From: Tubulanus polymorphus
Lineage: Eukaryota; Animalia; Nemertea
Length of the DNA stretch: 64,000 nucleotides
Assembly: GCF_964204645.1 (NCBI RefSeq)
Contig: NC_134028.1
Span: 9,982,001 to 10,046,000, forward strand
Reading direction: 5' to 3'
Below the pieces are notes generated by a model, which had not been told where the DNA came from, searched no databases, and saw only the letters and a program-made list of their open reading frames with translations. This document shows, piece after piece, positions 1 to 12,013 of this stretch (positions within the stretch are counted from its first letter, which is position 1; every line of letters begins with the position of its first letter). Both the position numbers and the translations under genes were made by a program.

Positions 1-53
1 ATAGCATTAGATATTCTAGAAATCTTAGAAGGACTTATATAACTCCCACTCAT
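1..53 (-). CDS. Major capsid protein, 5' end only (copy A)
   Basis: MSGSYISPSKISRISNA matches the MCP N-terminus at 25230 and 48626; TAAATG start. Confidence 0.85.
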   Translation of the reverse strand, partial: MSGSYISPSKISRISNA

Positions 54-73
54 TTATTTAACAAAAAAATCAA

Positions 74-1486
74 TTATTTATTTTTAATCATATTCACTAA
101 CCCAAAAATAATAGCACTTACAACTGTAATTGAAAATAAAATAATATGTTCAGCAGCAAAGTTAATAATGTTTCCTGCAGATTTCAATATAAAACCAACA
201 ATTGATGCAATAATTCCTGGTAAAGCTGCGGCAGATTTTTTAGATAGTTCCCATAAATATTTTGCTAATTTCTTTAAACCATCCTTAACTTTATCTTGTA
301 TAGAATTATTATCATTCGGGGGTTTATCCGGTTTATTTGGAGTAGGAGTAGATTTTAAAGCATTTGATATTGCTAAACCAATTGTTGTAAATAACATAGT
401 TACAGCTGTTAGAATTGAAAGAATTGTTATTCCTTCTAATCTAAATAATAATCTTATTCTATCTTTCAATGATATTTCAGAATTTGGTTTTATTATTAAA
501 TCTTTAAAAATAACTTTTAATCTATTAATATTATAATCATATGATTTTAATAATGATTTAATTTCTACTTTTTGTACTTCTAAATTATCTTTTAAATTAT
601 TAATTTCTTTTTCTAAACGTAATTATTTTTTCCTATATTCTATTTCATCCATTACTTGACGATCAAGATCAGACTTAGTTAATTCTTTTTCTAAATTTCT
701 AATTTCAATATCTCTTATACTTTTATCATGCGCAATTTTATCAGATGCATGTCTTATACTTTCAATTGCTCTAATTGCTTCAACAGAAAATATATTATTT
801 AAATCTTCTAATTGTTGATCTGTTGCATCAATTAATCCATTCGGTAAAAGTTTTTCAATTGGAACTTTATTTGATTTAAGTTTACTAGTTTTGGAAGTTA
901 TATTCTGTTCAGAAGTTGTTTCTGTTTCTGATTTCTTTTTGATTATTTCAAATAATTCATTAATTCTTTGTTTAAATACGTCTATGTTATCATCTCTTTC
1001 TTTTTGTGTAACATCAGTTATTTCATTACTATTACTTATTCTCTTAATTCTAAATGTTTCTAACTTTTTCAAAGTTGATTCCGCTAATATTTTTTTTAGT
1101 TTTGTCCTTTGATTAGTGATATCAATATAATAATCACCTTTCAAACGATAATAACATTTACCATTATCTAAAAATTTTAATTTATGTGCTAAAGGTCCAA
1201 CGTCTTTATCATTTATGTTAAATTCAGAATTTTCAATCATATGTTTTTATTTAGGTATTTTGTTTAAATTATTTAAATCTTGTTTTACTAAATCTGGGTC
1301 TAAATTTTCAGGATTTAATTGTGATTCTGCATTTTTAATATAATCAGGCATATTTAAATTATTATTATATCCTGGCTCATTACCATCATTAAAACTTTTT
1401 TCACTAAAATCAGGTTGTTGTTCATCAGTTATGCCAGGTTCATCAAAATTATTTATTCCAATATCTTCTCCACCTTCTACATCCAT
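74..1486 (-). pseudogene. Large acidic/coiled-coil protein with C-terminal transmembrane helices (copy A, disrupted)
   Basis: ORF pieces 1247-1486, 623-1240 and 74-469 align in order to the intact 481-aa ORF 23764-25209. Confidence 0.85.
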
Positions 1487-1502
1487 TTATATAATAAAAA
1501 AA

Positions 1503-2828
1503 TTAAAATTAAAAATATAATATTCCTCCTAAAACAATTCCTATACAAGTTAAAGCTAATTTAGTATTTTCATGGAATTTATTATCATTATCAGTTTTAA
1601 TTATTTCATGTTGAATATTATCAGTTTTTATATTTTCTGATGTATTGTAATCTATTATTTTAGAATCATTATTTAATTTAATATTATTAGTTTTAGTTTC
1701 TGTTGATTGAATGTGTTTTTTATTTTTTTCACCTTCCATTAATTTTGGAGCAGTAATAATCTTTTTATTTATATCATTTAATCCAAATGAATTATTTATT
1801 GTTGCAGTTTTAATTAGATTATTATAACCAATTATATTTTCCATCTTTAATACTAAATCATTAGAAATAATAAATAGATTAGGGCCTATACAATAATTTA
1901 ATCTAATATGTTATTTATCTAAATAATTTTGATATCTTACAATGTTTTCTGGAATCGATCTATTTTTATCATTATGAATTGAATCTTCAAATAGTACTTT
2001 GAATTGTTTCTGCGCATCGAATGAAGTGTTATCATTTCCAATTATTGGTGATCTTGTTTCAACTTGCGCACCTAAAATACATATCAAATAAGTTCTAATA
2101 GATTGATTTATTCTTTGTATACCAGCATTAGTAAAACCTTCACTATTTTCTAAAATGAAATAAACCCAACCATTATTATTTTGTTGTTGTATATTATAAT
2201 AATATTTTAGTAATTCATTCCAATTTAGTGTTCTTATATCTGAATTTGTTATTATTTTTCCAAATTCTTTAGTATACAATATTCCTAATCCACCCATTGT
2301 TCCAATTTTTGCTCTAAAATCTTTATTTCAATTAATATTAAATTCATTACATATTTTATAAAACTTAGAAAAATTAATATTATTATTCAATTCTTCAAAA
2401 TATTTTGAACCTGGTAAAGGACATTCTAAACCATCTAATATTAATCTTATTTGAAAATAAGTATGAAATCTAAAAAGTGATAACATCAATGGTAAACTTG
2501 GTTTGTTTAAATGATCATTCCAACTAATTCCACAACCTGTTGTTGCACAATAAACAGCAAAATTTAATTGGTTCTGCCAATACTTCATATTAGATTTCAA
2601 TAACCATTGTTTTGCCTCATTTAAATTATTAAAATTAATTGTATACACATTGAATATATTTTCCATCTTTACATGAAAATTGTTACTTTCAGTAACATAA
2701 ATATATAAATCAATTAATGAATTTAAAACTTCATTTCTATATGAAATAACTTTATTAAAATCTATTGCAGGAATATTATATTTAATTGATTTATTATATT
2801 GGAAAGCTTTTGGAAAACTATCTGCCAT
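1503..2828 (-). pseudogene. Conserved ~440-aa element protein with C-terminal TM anchor (copy A, disrupted)
   Basis: Fragments 2328-2828, 1911-2297 and 1509-1844 match the intact ORF 22422-23747. Confidence 0.85.
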
Positions 2829-2844
2829 TTATATAACTAAAAAA

Positions 2845-3279
2845 TTAATAATTTATTAATTCTTTTAATAATTTATCTTGTTCTTCAACTGTTATATGAC
2901 CATTTAAACTTATTATATAATCTAGTGTATTCTTTAATTTATTAATTTCTTTTATATTAGTTTTAATTTTTTCTTTATTACTTTTTATATTTAATTTTGA
3001 ACTTATACCAGTTAAAACACTTGAACTTAATCCTAATACACCAATTGATATAGCTAAAGGTGTTAATGGACTGAATATTGCTAGAAATGTTATTACAGAA
3101 CTAATTGTAACCGAACCACTAATAATAAGATAATATATAATTTTACTTTTTAAATATTTTTTCTTTTTTATCTTTAAGTCACTTTCAAATTCTAATATTT
3201 GTTTTTCTAAATATATTTTTAATTTAGTTTTATTTATATCATGAGGAATAATATCAATACTATCAACTTTATCTTCCAT
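2845..3279 (-). CDS. 144-aa two-TM membrane protein with coiled-coil flanks
   Basis: Intact ORF with hydrophobic IIYYLIISGSVTISSVITFLAIF and LAISIGVLGLSSSVL; disrupted homologues at 21970 and 45067. Confidence 0.8.
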   Translation of the reverse strand: MEDKVDSIDIIPHDINKTKLKIYLEKQILEFESDLKIKKKKYLKSKIIYYLIISGSVTISSVITFLAIFSPLTPLAISIGVLGLSSSVLTGISSKLNIKSNKEKIKTNIKEINKLKNTLDYIISLNGHITVEEQDKLLKELINY

Positions 3280-3299
3280 TTATTTAGAAAAAAAAATTA

Positions 3300-3719
3300 C
3301 TAATTAGTAAATTTATACGCTACAAATATAACAATAACAGTTCCACCTAAAATCCATATTATTTCATATTTCTGTTGTTCTTTACTTGGGGTATAATAAT
3401 CTGATAATTTAGGTTTGTATAGATGTAATTTTTCTTTGGTTACTGCGTTATATAAACTCATTGCATCATCAACTGATTGAAAATCTCTATGTGAAATCTT
3501 CTGATCATATAATTCCTTGTTAATATAATCCATATAGTTTTGCCTCTTTTCTCTATATTCTTCTGCTGCTTTATTATATTTCACTAATGCTAAGTTATGC
3601 CTTTTTTGTTCTGTTAATGATCCACTTTTATCAATATGTTTAAATAAATAACCACCACCAGTAAATGCTAAAGCGTTAACAATTGCCGATCCTATAATAG
3701 TTATAACTGCAGAAGCCAT
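3300..3719 (-). CDS. 139-aa membrane protein (N- and C-terminal hydrophobic segments)
   Basis: MASAVITIIGSAIVNALAFTGGGYLF...IIWILGGTVIVIFVAY; homologues at 21511 and 44632. Confidence 0.8.
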   Translation of the reverse strand: MASAVITIIGSAIVNALAFTGGGYLFKHIDKSGSLTEQKRHNLALVKYNKAAEEYREKRQNYMDYINKELYDQKISHRDFQSVDDAMSLYNAVTKEKLHLYKPKLSDYYTPSKEQQKYEIIWILGGTVIVIFVAYKFTN

Positions 3720-3743
3720 TTATTTAGTAAAATAATTATGCAT

Positions 3744-3965
3744 TTATATGGGAGGAATATATTTTTGTTTTTCTAAATAATCAATAGTTAAATTAGATAA
3801 AGTAACTGCTTATGTTAATATTAAAATATCATTTATATCAAATCTATCAACATTAACACTTCCCATTTTGAATACTTTTTTTAATACCATTGAATAACCA
3901 ACAGTTCCAACTGATAATAATGCTCCATTATATAAACCAGTTATTATCCACTTATTATCACTCAT
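3744..3965 (-). pseudogene. 73-aa small hydrophobic protein (internal stop in copy A)
   Basis: Nucleotide match to the intact ORFs 21265-21486 and 44386-44607. Confidence 0.75.
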
Positions 3966-3972
3966 TTATTAA

Positions 3973-4326
3973 TCAAAAAAAATTACTATCTTCAAAATAT
4001 TTAGTTATCTTAGTGATGATTAATTCAACATTTATTTCATTACTACTTTTATGATTATCATATATTTTGGTTAATATGTTTTTAATATCATCTATGATAA
4101 AATCTTCATCTAATTCATAAAATCGTAAAGATTCTCTAATTAAATTAGTAATCTTTTCTACATTTAAAGTTTCTTTATCTATTGTTGTTTCATACTCAAA
4201 TGTTGTTTCATTAGAAAATGCAATATTTTTGATATGTGTAATTACATCATTAATGTTAAATTTCATTTCTTTCTCACGTTTAAAATCAAATCCAAAACAT
4301 ATACTCGGTCCAACAGTTATATTCAT
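3973..4326 (-). CDS. 117-aa hypothetical element protein
   Basis: Intact ORF conserved in copies B (20907) and C (44029); TAAATG start. Confidence 0.75.
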   Translation of the reverse strand: MNITVGPSICFGFDFKREKEMKFNINDVITHIKNIAFSNETTFEYETTIDKETLNVEKITNLIRESLRFYELDEDFIIDDIKNILTKIYDNHKSSNEINVELIITKITKYFEDSNFF

Positions 4327-4341
4327 TTATATAGTGAAAAA

Positions 4342-5079
4342 TTACTCTTTACATCTTATAACTAATTCATATATTACAGGAAAATTATTCAAATCAATTA
4401 AATAACCATTATGATTTCTTATTTCTAATTTAAAATTATTGAAATGTGGAATACAAGGTTTAAAATCACATTCAGCTAAATTATAATTTATTTGCGTTCC
4501 AAATTGTTTAACATTTTTTAAAGGTAAAATATTTAATATACTAGAATTACAAATTGAATCTTTAGTTGCTTCAAATGTTTTTGTTGGGTCAATTAAATTG
4601 CAATAAATATAAAAATGTGTAAAAGGTATTATATTTGAATTACCGTCTACGTTTCCTGTAACAGTTTGTGGTTTAATTCCTAACAGTTTAGCTAAAGGTT
4701 TCCTTTCATCATCTAACTTTATTTTAGTTTTATCAGAACTATCACTTTTTATAAATCTAATTGAAAATTTATCTTCACTTTCAAGTTTTAATTGTGCTTT
4801 CCGATTAATTTCTTGGGCTAATGTTTCTAAATTATATAACCCTGGTTTTAACATTAGATAAAACCATTTATTTTTATTTTTCATATGAATTGCAAAACCT
4901 CTATGTTCGAAAGTTTTATCCGATATATTATAAAAAGAATTACATAAACTTATATTTACTAATTTTAAATCAACACAATTCTTAAATTCTCTATCTAATT
5001 GAACTATTAAATTATGTGATTTATAATTTGTAAGTTTTCTAGAATCAACAAATATTCTGTATTCTTTTAATTCTACCAT
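4342..5079 (-). CDS. Minor capsid protein (penton, single jelly-roll)
   Basis: IFVDSR...LxLVNISLCNSFYNI, PGLYN, FYIYCNLI and C-terminal LEIRNHNGYLIDLNNFPVIYEL are typical of Polinton/virophage pentons. Confidence 0.8.
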   Translation of the reverse strand: MVELKEYRIFVDSRKLTNYKSHNLIVQLDREFKNCVDLKLVNISLCNSFYNISDKTFEHRGFAIHMKNKNKWFYLMLKPGLYNLETLAQEINRKAQLKLESEDKFSIRFIKSDSSDKTKIKLDDERKPLAKLLGIKPQTVTGNVDGNSNIIPFTHFYIYCNLIDPTKTFEATKDSICNSSILNILPLKNVKQFGTQINYNLAECDFKPCIPHFNNFKLEIRNHNGYLIDLNNFPVIYELVIRCKE

Positions 5080-5147
5080 TATTTATAACATACAAAAATT
5101 ACCGCTCATCACTAAAAATTAATTTTAATAAAATTTTTCCTTAATAA

Positions 5148-6450
5148 ATAGATGAGAAGATACCATGCGAAATTTGTGGTGAACTTCTAAGAAAAACTAA
5201 TATGGCTCGACATATGAAAAAACATGATGAAAATTATAAACCCCCTAAACTAAACCGTCCAAAATGTTAAAAAACATTCAGAGAAGTGTAAAATTAATGG
5301 CGCAACGGCTAATGTTGATAGTAATGGAAGTAATTGTAATTCTGTTGAAGTTGAACCTGAAATTATTTGGAAAAGACCTTTCTTATTCTATGATAAGGAT
5401 AATATAAAAGATCATTTCTGTGAGCCTTGTCGAATAAAATATAGCCCTGAAAATATAGAAGATTGGGAGAATCATCAATTTCGTAAAGTACATATAGATA
5501 AAATTTCTAATAAAGTTGAAGCAGAATTCAATGAAAGAAAAAATATTTTATTAGAAAAAATAAAATATGAGAAAACGTTACCAGATAATAAAGAAACAGT
5601 TGAAAAGTTAGAAAAACAATAAAATGAATTAACAAGAAAAACATTTTATTGTAAATATTGTAAATTGATTATTACAACAAGTAATTCAAATCTACATAAT
5701 AGAACAATAAAACATAAAGAAAACGTAAGAAAATACCAAGAGCTTAATGAAGATCTATTACCAATAAATTATAAACGAAAATGTCCACAATGTAGTTATG
5801 CGACCTTAAGGCAAGAAGGTACTGTGTTATCTTGTAATGAATGTGGATGGCAAAAGAATTTATGGGGTGAAGAAAAAACTAGAGATTTTCTCATAGAACC
5901 AAAATTAAATTATCTAGATGAAATTTTTAAAATATTTTCTATAGAAGATCATACACCAGAATATATGCAATGGCTTGAAAAAATGAAAATAATAGAAAAT
6001 AAAAATGGTGAAATAACTAAAAAAGATATTATAAAAACAATTATTCCATCAACATTTAACACAAAACAAAAGAAAATGTATTTATATTTATTTTTTAACG
6101 ATTATTATGAAAAACCTAAATTAACAGAAGAAGATATGGAAAATATAAAAAAAATATTCAAACAAATATTAATGTATCATTTGAAAAATAGAATAACAGA
6201 TTCAATAAATTATGAATTCTTTTTAAATAAGATTGTAAATTATTTAAACATAGATATTATAATTCCATTTGATGAATTAACAAACAAAAAGAAACAAAGA
6301 GAGCGAGATGAAATGTGGTACAAGATAGAACTATATTTAAATGAGAAAAATGAAATGGAAGAACCTAAACAAATTATACAAGAACAATTAAATGAAAATG
6401 AAGAAGCCAATAGTGATTTCGAGTATGATGATATTGATTTTATGTTTTAA
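5148..6450 (+). pseudogene. C2H2 zinc-finger / VLTF3-like late transcription factor fusion (copy A; 5' half disrupted, 3' ORF 5665-6450 intact)
   Basis: CPQC-x12-CNECG zinc ribbon plus C-terminal INYEFFLNKIVNYL...K..ERDEMWYKI resemble poxvirus A2/VLTF3. The start ATG is mutated to ATA relative to copy B. Confidence 0.65.
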
Positions 6451-9400
6451 TAACCATAAGGTAATGTTTTTATACCATCATCTAAAATATGCCTTTTATC
6501 ATCAAATGGATTCAAACTAGTTTTTTCAACTTCATTAATGTACATCTCGTGATCTTCTGATCTTAAACAATTCATTTTGTGTTTCATTACAATTGATTTA
6601 TATAAACACTTTATATAATCTTGAAATTCTATATGTTTATCAACCACATGTTTTGTTATTCCGTTTAACTTTTTAGCTTCACGATCTTTTGTTCTATAAC
6701 TATACATTTTACTTCTTATCCCAACAAATTCAATCATTTCATCACCCCCTAATTCATCTTTAAATTTACCAGGAATCTTTTTATTATCATTGCTAAATAG
6801 TTCATGATCTTTAGGATAATTGCTAAAATCAAAATGATGTTTTAATGTTTTTAAGTCTTTTGTTATGTCGTTTGTCTTGATTTCTAGTAAGTAGGCATCG
6901 GTATTTTTTGGATTAATGGGAACCCAGAATTGAATGTTCCATCATCTGTTGATAAATCATAAACATAGTCAGTTGGGTTATATATTTCAAATAAATCTTT
7001 AACTTCTTCTGTTAACTCATTTTCTACATGGCTTAAATTAAAGCAATTTGGTTTAGATTTAATCAATCCAATATTCGTATTAAATCCTAATGGACTGCAT
7101 AATATATTCAATCCTGATATAGCAACTTTTCCTTTTTGAGCTAAAGATATTGTTTTGCGGTTTTGGAAACTTTTTGAACCATCTGCAGCATAGAATCCAA
7201 TGAAGAACCATTTTCTTAAATTATTTTTTGCATTTAATACATTATCTGGAACTATCTTTTCTTTTGTTGAAGTATTACTTTTAACTATTGCATGAATATA
7301 GAATTCATCATTATATTTTATAGCAAAATCCTTAGGATTATTTACAAGTATTCTATAAACTGCTGTTGATTTCATAACATCCATGATACTAAATGTTTTA
7401 TTTGGATAAACTTCTTCACAGAATTTCTTTATTCTTTCTAATAATTTTAAGTCTTGATTGCATAAATACCAGCAATATTGAGTGCGATTAACATAATTAT
7501 ACACACCTGCTGAACCATCACCCATGAAAAATCCTTTGATAAAATATTCTTTTTCTTCCAATGTTTCGGGTTCTATATTATAAATATTATCAATTATTTC
7601 ATCAAATGACATATGATTCATTCTTTGGAAAAATCTTTTATGTAATAATTTATCTCCAATTTTTATATCAGTTGGTTTTATTTCATCGCCATTTCGTTTA
7701 ATTAAACTATGATCTTCTGTAACATCTACAAATCCTAATTTAGTTCTAACTCTATAGATTTTCTTATTTGTTTTATGTCTAATAATATTCTTTAATTTTT
7801 TCCATCCATTTCTTGTCCAAACATCCATTAATCCATTTATTTGTATTAATTCTTTTTTACCATATGAAATATAACATTCATTTTGTTTTGGAATTATTTC
7901 TGAAATTCTTCTTATCAATATTTTATCATTACATTTTAATAATATTGGGGTGTCAGCTGTTACAGAATCAACGTATAATATTTCAATATGCTTTTCCCCA
8001 AAAAGTGGTTGTAAAACATTATAACAAAAATCATACATTAATAATTTTGATACTTCTAAAACAGTTGAACCAATGAATATAGGTTTATTAAATTTCATTG
8101 ACGTTCTTTTTAATTTAACTGCGGTTAAATAATCTTCAAATCTTTTATTACCTAAATGTCTAGGACTTGATTGTAAATGTCTTAATCTTTCAGAATTATT
8201 TACTAATTCAATATCATTTCTATTTCTAATATTTTCACATGTTTTACCATAAAAACTATTATTCATTAATTTGAAGAAATCTTTTTCAAAATCTGTTTTT
8301 GATATGGTTCTCTGTTGAGTATTGAAATCTATATATTTTTCTAACCACTTCGATTGATTAAATTCAATATATCTATGTACTTTCTTTAATTTCATTCCTT
8401 GTTTTAGATGAAATTTTAACATTCTATAATGAACAATATAATTGTATTTATTATTTTGAGTAAGTATTAATTTTTCTGTAAAAACATGATATTTCGGTTT
8501 TATTTTCTTCTGGTATTCATTTAAATAACTATCATCTACAGTTAAATGTTCTGGGCAATAAGGTAAGTTTCTTGTTTTAAACTTTATATTTTCAGGTTAT
8601 TCTAAATCAACTACAAAGAAATAACCAATTGGTGCTTCATCTTCTAAACTCATAATTGCGCTTTCCCAATTAGTTTTATCATCATTTTCTGTTAATATAA
8701 AATTTTTATATGGTTTAGGTTGCATCATTGCCCAACCATATAAATTATTGGCGTCAATATATAATAATTTATATTCATCATTTGCTTTAAAATATCTATC
8801 TCCCATAACACCACTAATTCCACCTCTAATTGATTTTTCAAATAATAAAACCATATCTGGTTCTTTCAATAAATCTAATTCTACATTTGTATATTTTAAA
8901 CCACATTGCCAGGTTAAACCAGGACTAGAGTAGCAATAACAAGGATCAACATTAAAATGATTCAAATAAACTTCTCTAAATTTTTCAAATATGTCAGCCA
9001 ATATCATAACATCTGATTTTAAATATAAATCAACTAATTCACCATGATTTTTCATCTTAAAATGGCTCCAAATATTTAATGTTCTATTAAACACTTCGTC
9101 TTTCACATACTCCTCTTTTAATTGATCATAAAAATTGATCTTTTAATAATTCTGTTACATTAAAATCATTGTGTGTTTTATAAAATGAATAAGGAATTGC
9201 GCCTTTATATCTCAATAATTTAAAATCTTGGTCATTTGGATAATAATATCGAGTTATTATAAAATAATTATCAACTAAACTTTTTGATAAATTATCTAAT
9301 GAACTTGCTAGAAATCTATAAGAATCTAAAAATCTAATGCAACCAAATTGAAATGAAATATAATTTTCAGATGTTTTAGCTAATAGTTTAAAATCATATT

Positions 9401-11501
9401 TTCTTACATTTACACCATTCATAGCATTATATTCTTCTATTTCTTGATTAATTGCGCCCAATTTTCCCGATAATTGTTTTGTAAATAGATGGGTATCATA
9501 GCCTGATAAATTATGAAATAATATTGGTACGAAATTAACTTTCTTAGCTTGTAAATTACAATCTTCATGAGCAGCTCCACGATATTTTGAATTTAAATGA
9601 TCATGATCTCTAACTTTTTTATCAAATGAATAAAAACGTTTTTCACAATAACAACAAAGAGTTGCATAATTAAAATCAATTTCATCTTCTTTTGTCATAA
9701 CTATTCTTTTATTTTTGTTTAATAATTTTGCAAAATCACTTTCTAATTCAATCATTTAATCACAAAAAATCATTAACTACATTTTCACCTCTAAAAGAAA
9801 TATATTGACTTTCATATAATTCAGGATAATTTGATTTTATATAAATTCCATAAGCAGCAGCTCTTTGATGAACTTTTTTAATTGTATTTATAATTGGTGG
9901 GTCTTGTATTGTGTCTTCATTTAATTCATTTCCTTTATCCATTGATTTTAATAATTGCTTTTTGTTATATATTTCTTTTCTATCTTGATCAGTTAATTCT
10001 TTATTCAACGATTCAAAATCCCCATAAATTACAAATGGAACAATATTCTTAAATTTATGATTAGTAAATTTCAATTTATAATCTTTTTCTGTTGGCATTA
10101 TTAATTTACAAAAATCTTTATTATCACATAATTCTTTATGTTTTAATAATGTATTCTCAGTTATAAATTTAGATAAACATTTCCTACATAGATAAATTTT
10201 ATGATGATGATCACTTTCTGTTCTAAAGAATAAATCAATTTGTTTTAACCACATATAATGTTCATTTTCATCTTTTTTATAATATAACAAATCTATAGCA
10301 TTTTCATCATCATAATATTCTGTTAAATATAAAGCTTCCAATGTATAATCTTTAATATTTTCACCTTTTGTCTTTGGTAATTGCATTAATTCGAATACAT
10401 TTAATTTTAAATTATTAACTTTTTCTATTTTAGAAATCATTTTTATAGTTACCGGATATTGATCAATTTTATATAATGTTTCATATTTCCGGTAATTTGT
10501 TATTCTACAAACATTTTCCTGTGTTGGATGTAAGCAACTGATAATTGACCATAGAAAACATTTATTATCTTCATTTTGAATATTTATTACTGCTTTTGTT
10601 GTAAATGGTAATTTAAGATGATGCTTTAATATCCTTTTCTGTTGTAAAGTTTGAATCATTTTTAAACATTTTATTATTTTTTGATGTTTTATTCCTTTTT
10701 GTATTATAAACATTTAAATCTAAATATATAATTTCATTCAATGTTAAGCCAGAACCCTCAAAATATCTTTCTTCAATATGACGTTTAAATTCATTAAATA
10801 TTTTTTCGAACTTCTCTTTTATTTGTGTTTTTGAAATTATTTCTTCAGAGTGTGTTTGAATATTATAATTCATTTTTTCTTCTGACTTTATAAAACTTAC
10901 TTTCCCAGAGATACTTATTTTTGGATATTCAACATCTGTTATCAAATCTAGTATTTTTTCTATTATTTCATTAAATGTACTATAATCTTCTATTGTTGTA
11001 CCTTTAAAAAATCTAAATATAATAGCTGCAGGACCAATTTTACTATGTAATGTTTCTAAAAATTTCAATTGTACCTTTTATTTCTAGTGAATCAATATAA
11101 TTTCTAACATTTTCCATGTAAGGTTTATTTGAAATGGATTTAGTTTTTGAAGTTGGTTTTTTTACTTTTTGAGGTTTATCGTCAAAATAATCTTTTCCTA
11201 AAACATTATTACTCAAATTTTGATGGTGTTTTTGTGATTCGAGATGTCTATTATAATTCCTTTTTACTATAAATTCATTACAAACTTCACATTTTATTTC
11301 ATCCACATTCATATTTTCTAATCGTTCTTTTCTTTCATTGGAATTTTCTGGAGTTTCAAAATCTATTACATTTTTTATATGATTTGATGATTTTTCATAT
11401 TTAGATTTATTAGATTTATCGATGTATTTTTTACAATATTGGCAATAATATTGATTTTTATTAACATTATTATTTTCTGGCATGTGTTCATTCTCCCCCA
11501 T
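6447..11501 (-). pseudogene. pPolB: Protein-primed family B DNA polymerase with intein (copy A, frameshifted)
   Basis: ExoI IYGDFES, ExoII FHNLSGYD, FLDSYRF, ExoIII YLKSDV, RGG, motif A YIDANNLYG, motif B KLMNNSFYGK, split motif C YVD/TD, KMY. Confidence 0.95.
6903..7966 (-). mobile_element. Intein with LAGLIDADG homing endonuclease in pPolB motif C (copy A)
   Basis: Block A SVTADTPIL, block B VDVTEDHSL, block C FIKGFFMGDGS, block E FFIGFYAADGS, block F YVYDLST. The terminal N|TD is restored by one missing nucleotide in an A-run. Confidence 0.93.
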
Positions 11502-11514
11502 TTATTAGGAAAAA

Positions 11515-11586
11515 AAATTACTTGTGGTGATGAGTGGTGTCTCGTACTCTCGTACTCTGATCTGAAACCCACATCTTCCAATTACT
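11515..11586 (-). repeat. Terminal inverted repeat of Polinton copy A
   Basis: Near-identical to the copy B termini at 13643 and 30463; starts with 5'-AG as Polintons do. Confidence 0.9.
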
Positions 11587-12013
11587 ATCACAGTGCAAGG
11601 AAGTTCTATGAAGTGCTTATTATATGAATACAAATAATTGATTCAGTCATTTGAAATCGTATCCCCGGGAATATACAAAGGATTGGATTGAGAATATACT
11701 AGTTTTATTGTTCCACTGAGATATATAAATAAATTGCCCATGGGCAAAGTGTGGTTTACCCTGAAAGCTAGAGGTTGTTTGGAACAAGGGCATTGCTTGA
11801 AAAATCTTTTTAATTCGTGACTTCAAAGTTTCACAAGTTTATATTGTATTTTATCTTTCTTAAAGAATCATTTCGTAGTCAAATAAGACCAAAGATCTAC
11901 ATTTGTTTACGGTCCACGTCCAAAATTTTGTAGGGTAAAGGTAGGCGCGGCAGGAAAACTATTTTATATTTTCAAAGAAATACGTTTCACAATATGAAAA
12001 AATATTCAAATAA

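Larger units (their letters stand above)
1..11586 (-). mobile_element. Polinton/Maverick-like endogenous virus, copy A (continues beyond the left window edge)
   Basis: TIR ending ...ccaattact at 11586 (5'-AGTAATTGG on the minus strand). It is followed by pPolB, penton, the membrane-protein cluster and the MCP start, colinear with copy B. Confidence 0.93.

Noticed and set aside
168-536. Antisense ORFs conserved in several copies (168-536, 24627-25115, 48183-48581, 7813-8076, 17119-17307)
   Set aside because: They are shadows of conserved sense genes in repeated elements, with no TAAATG start or independent motif.
11375-11627. Short ORFs spanning the TIRs (also 13641-13850, 29909-30352)
   Set aside because: They cross element boundaries and their similarity is due to the TIR sequence.
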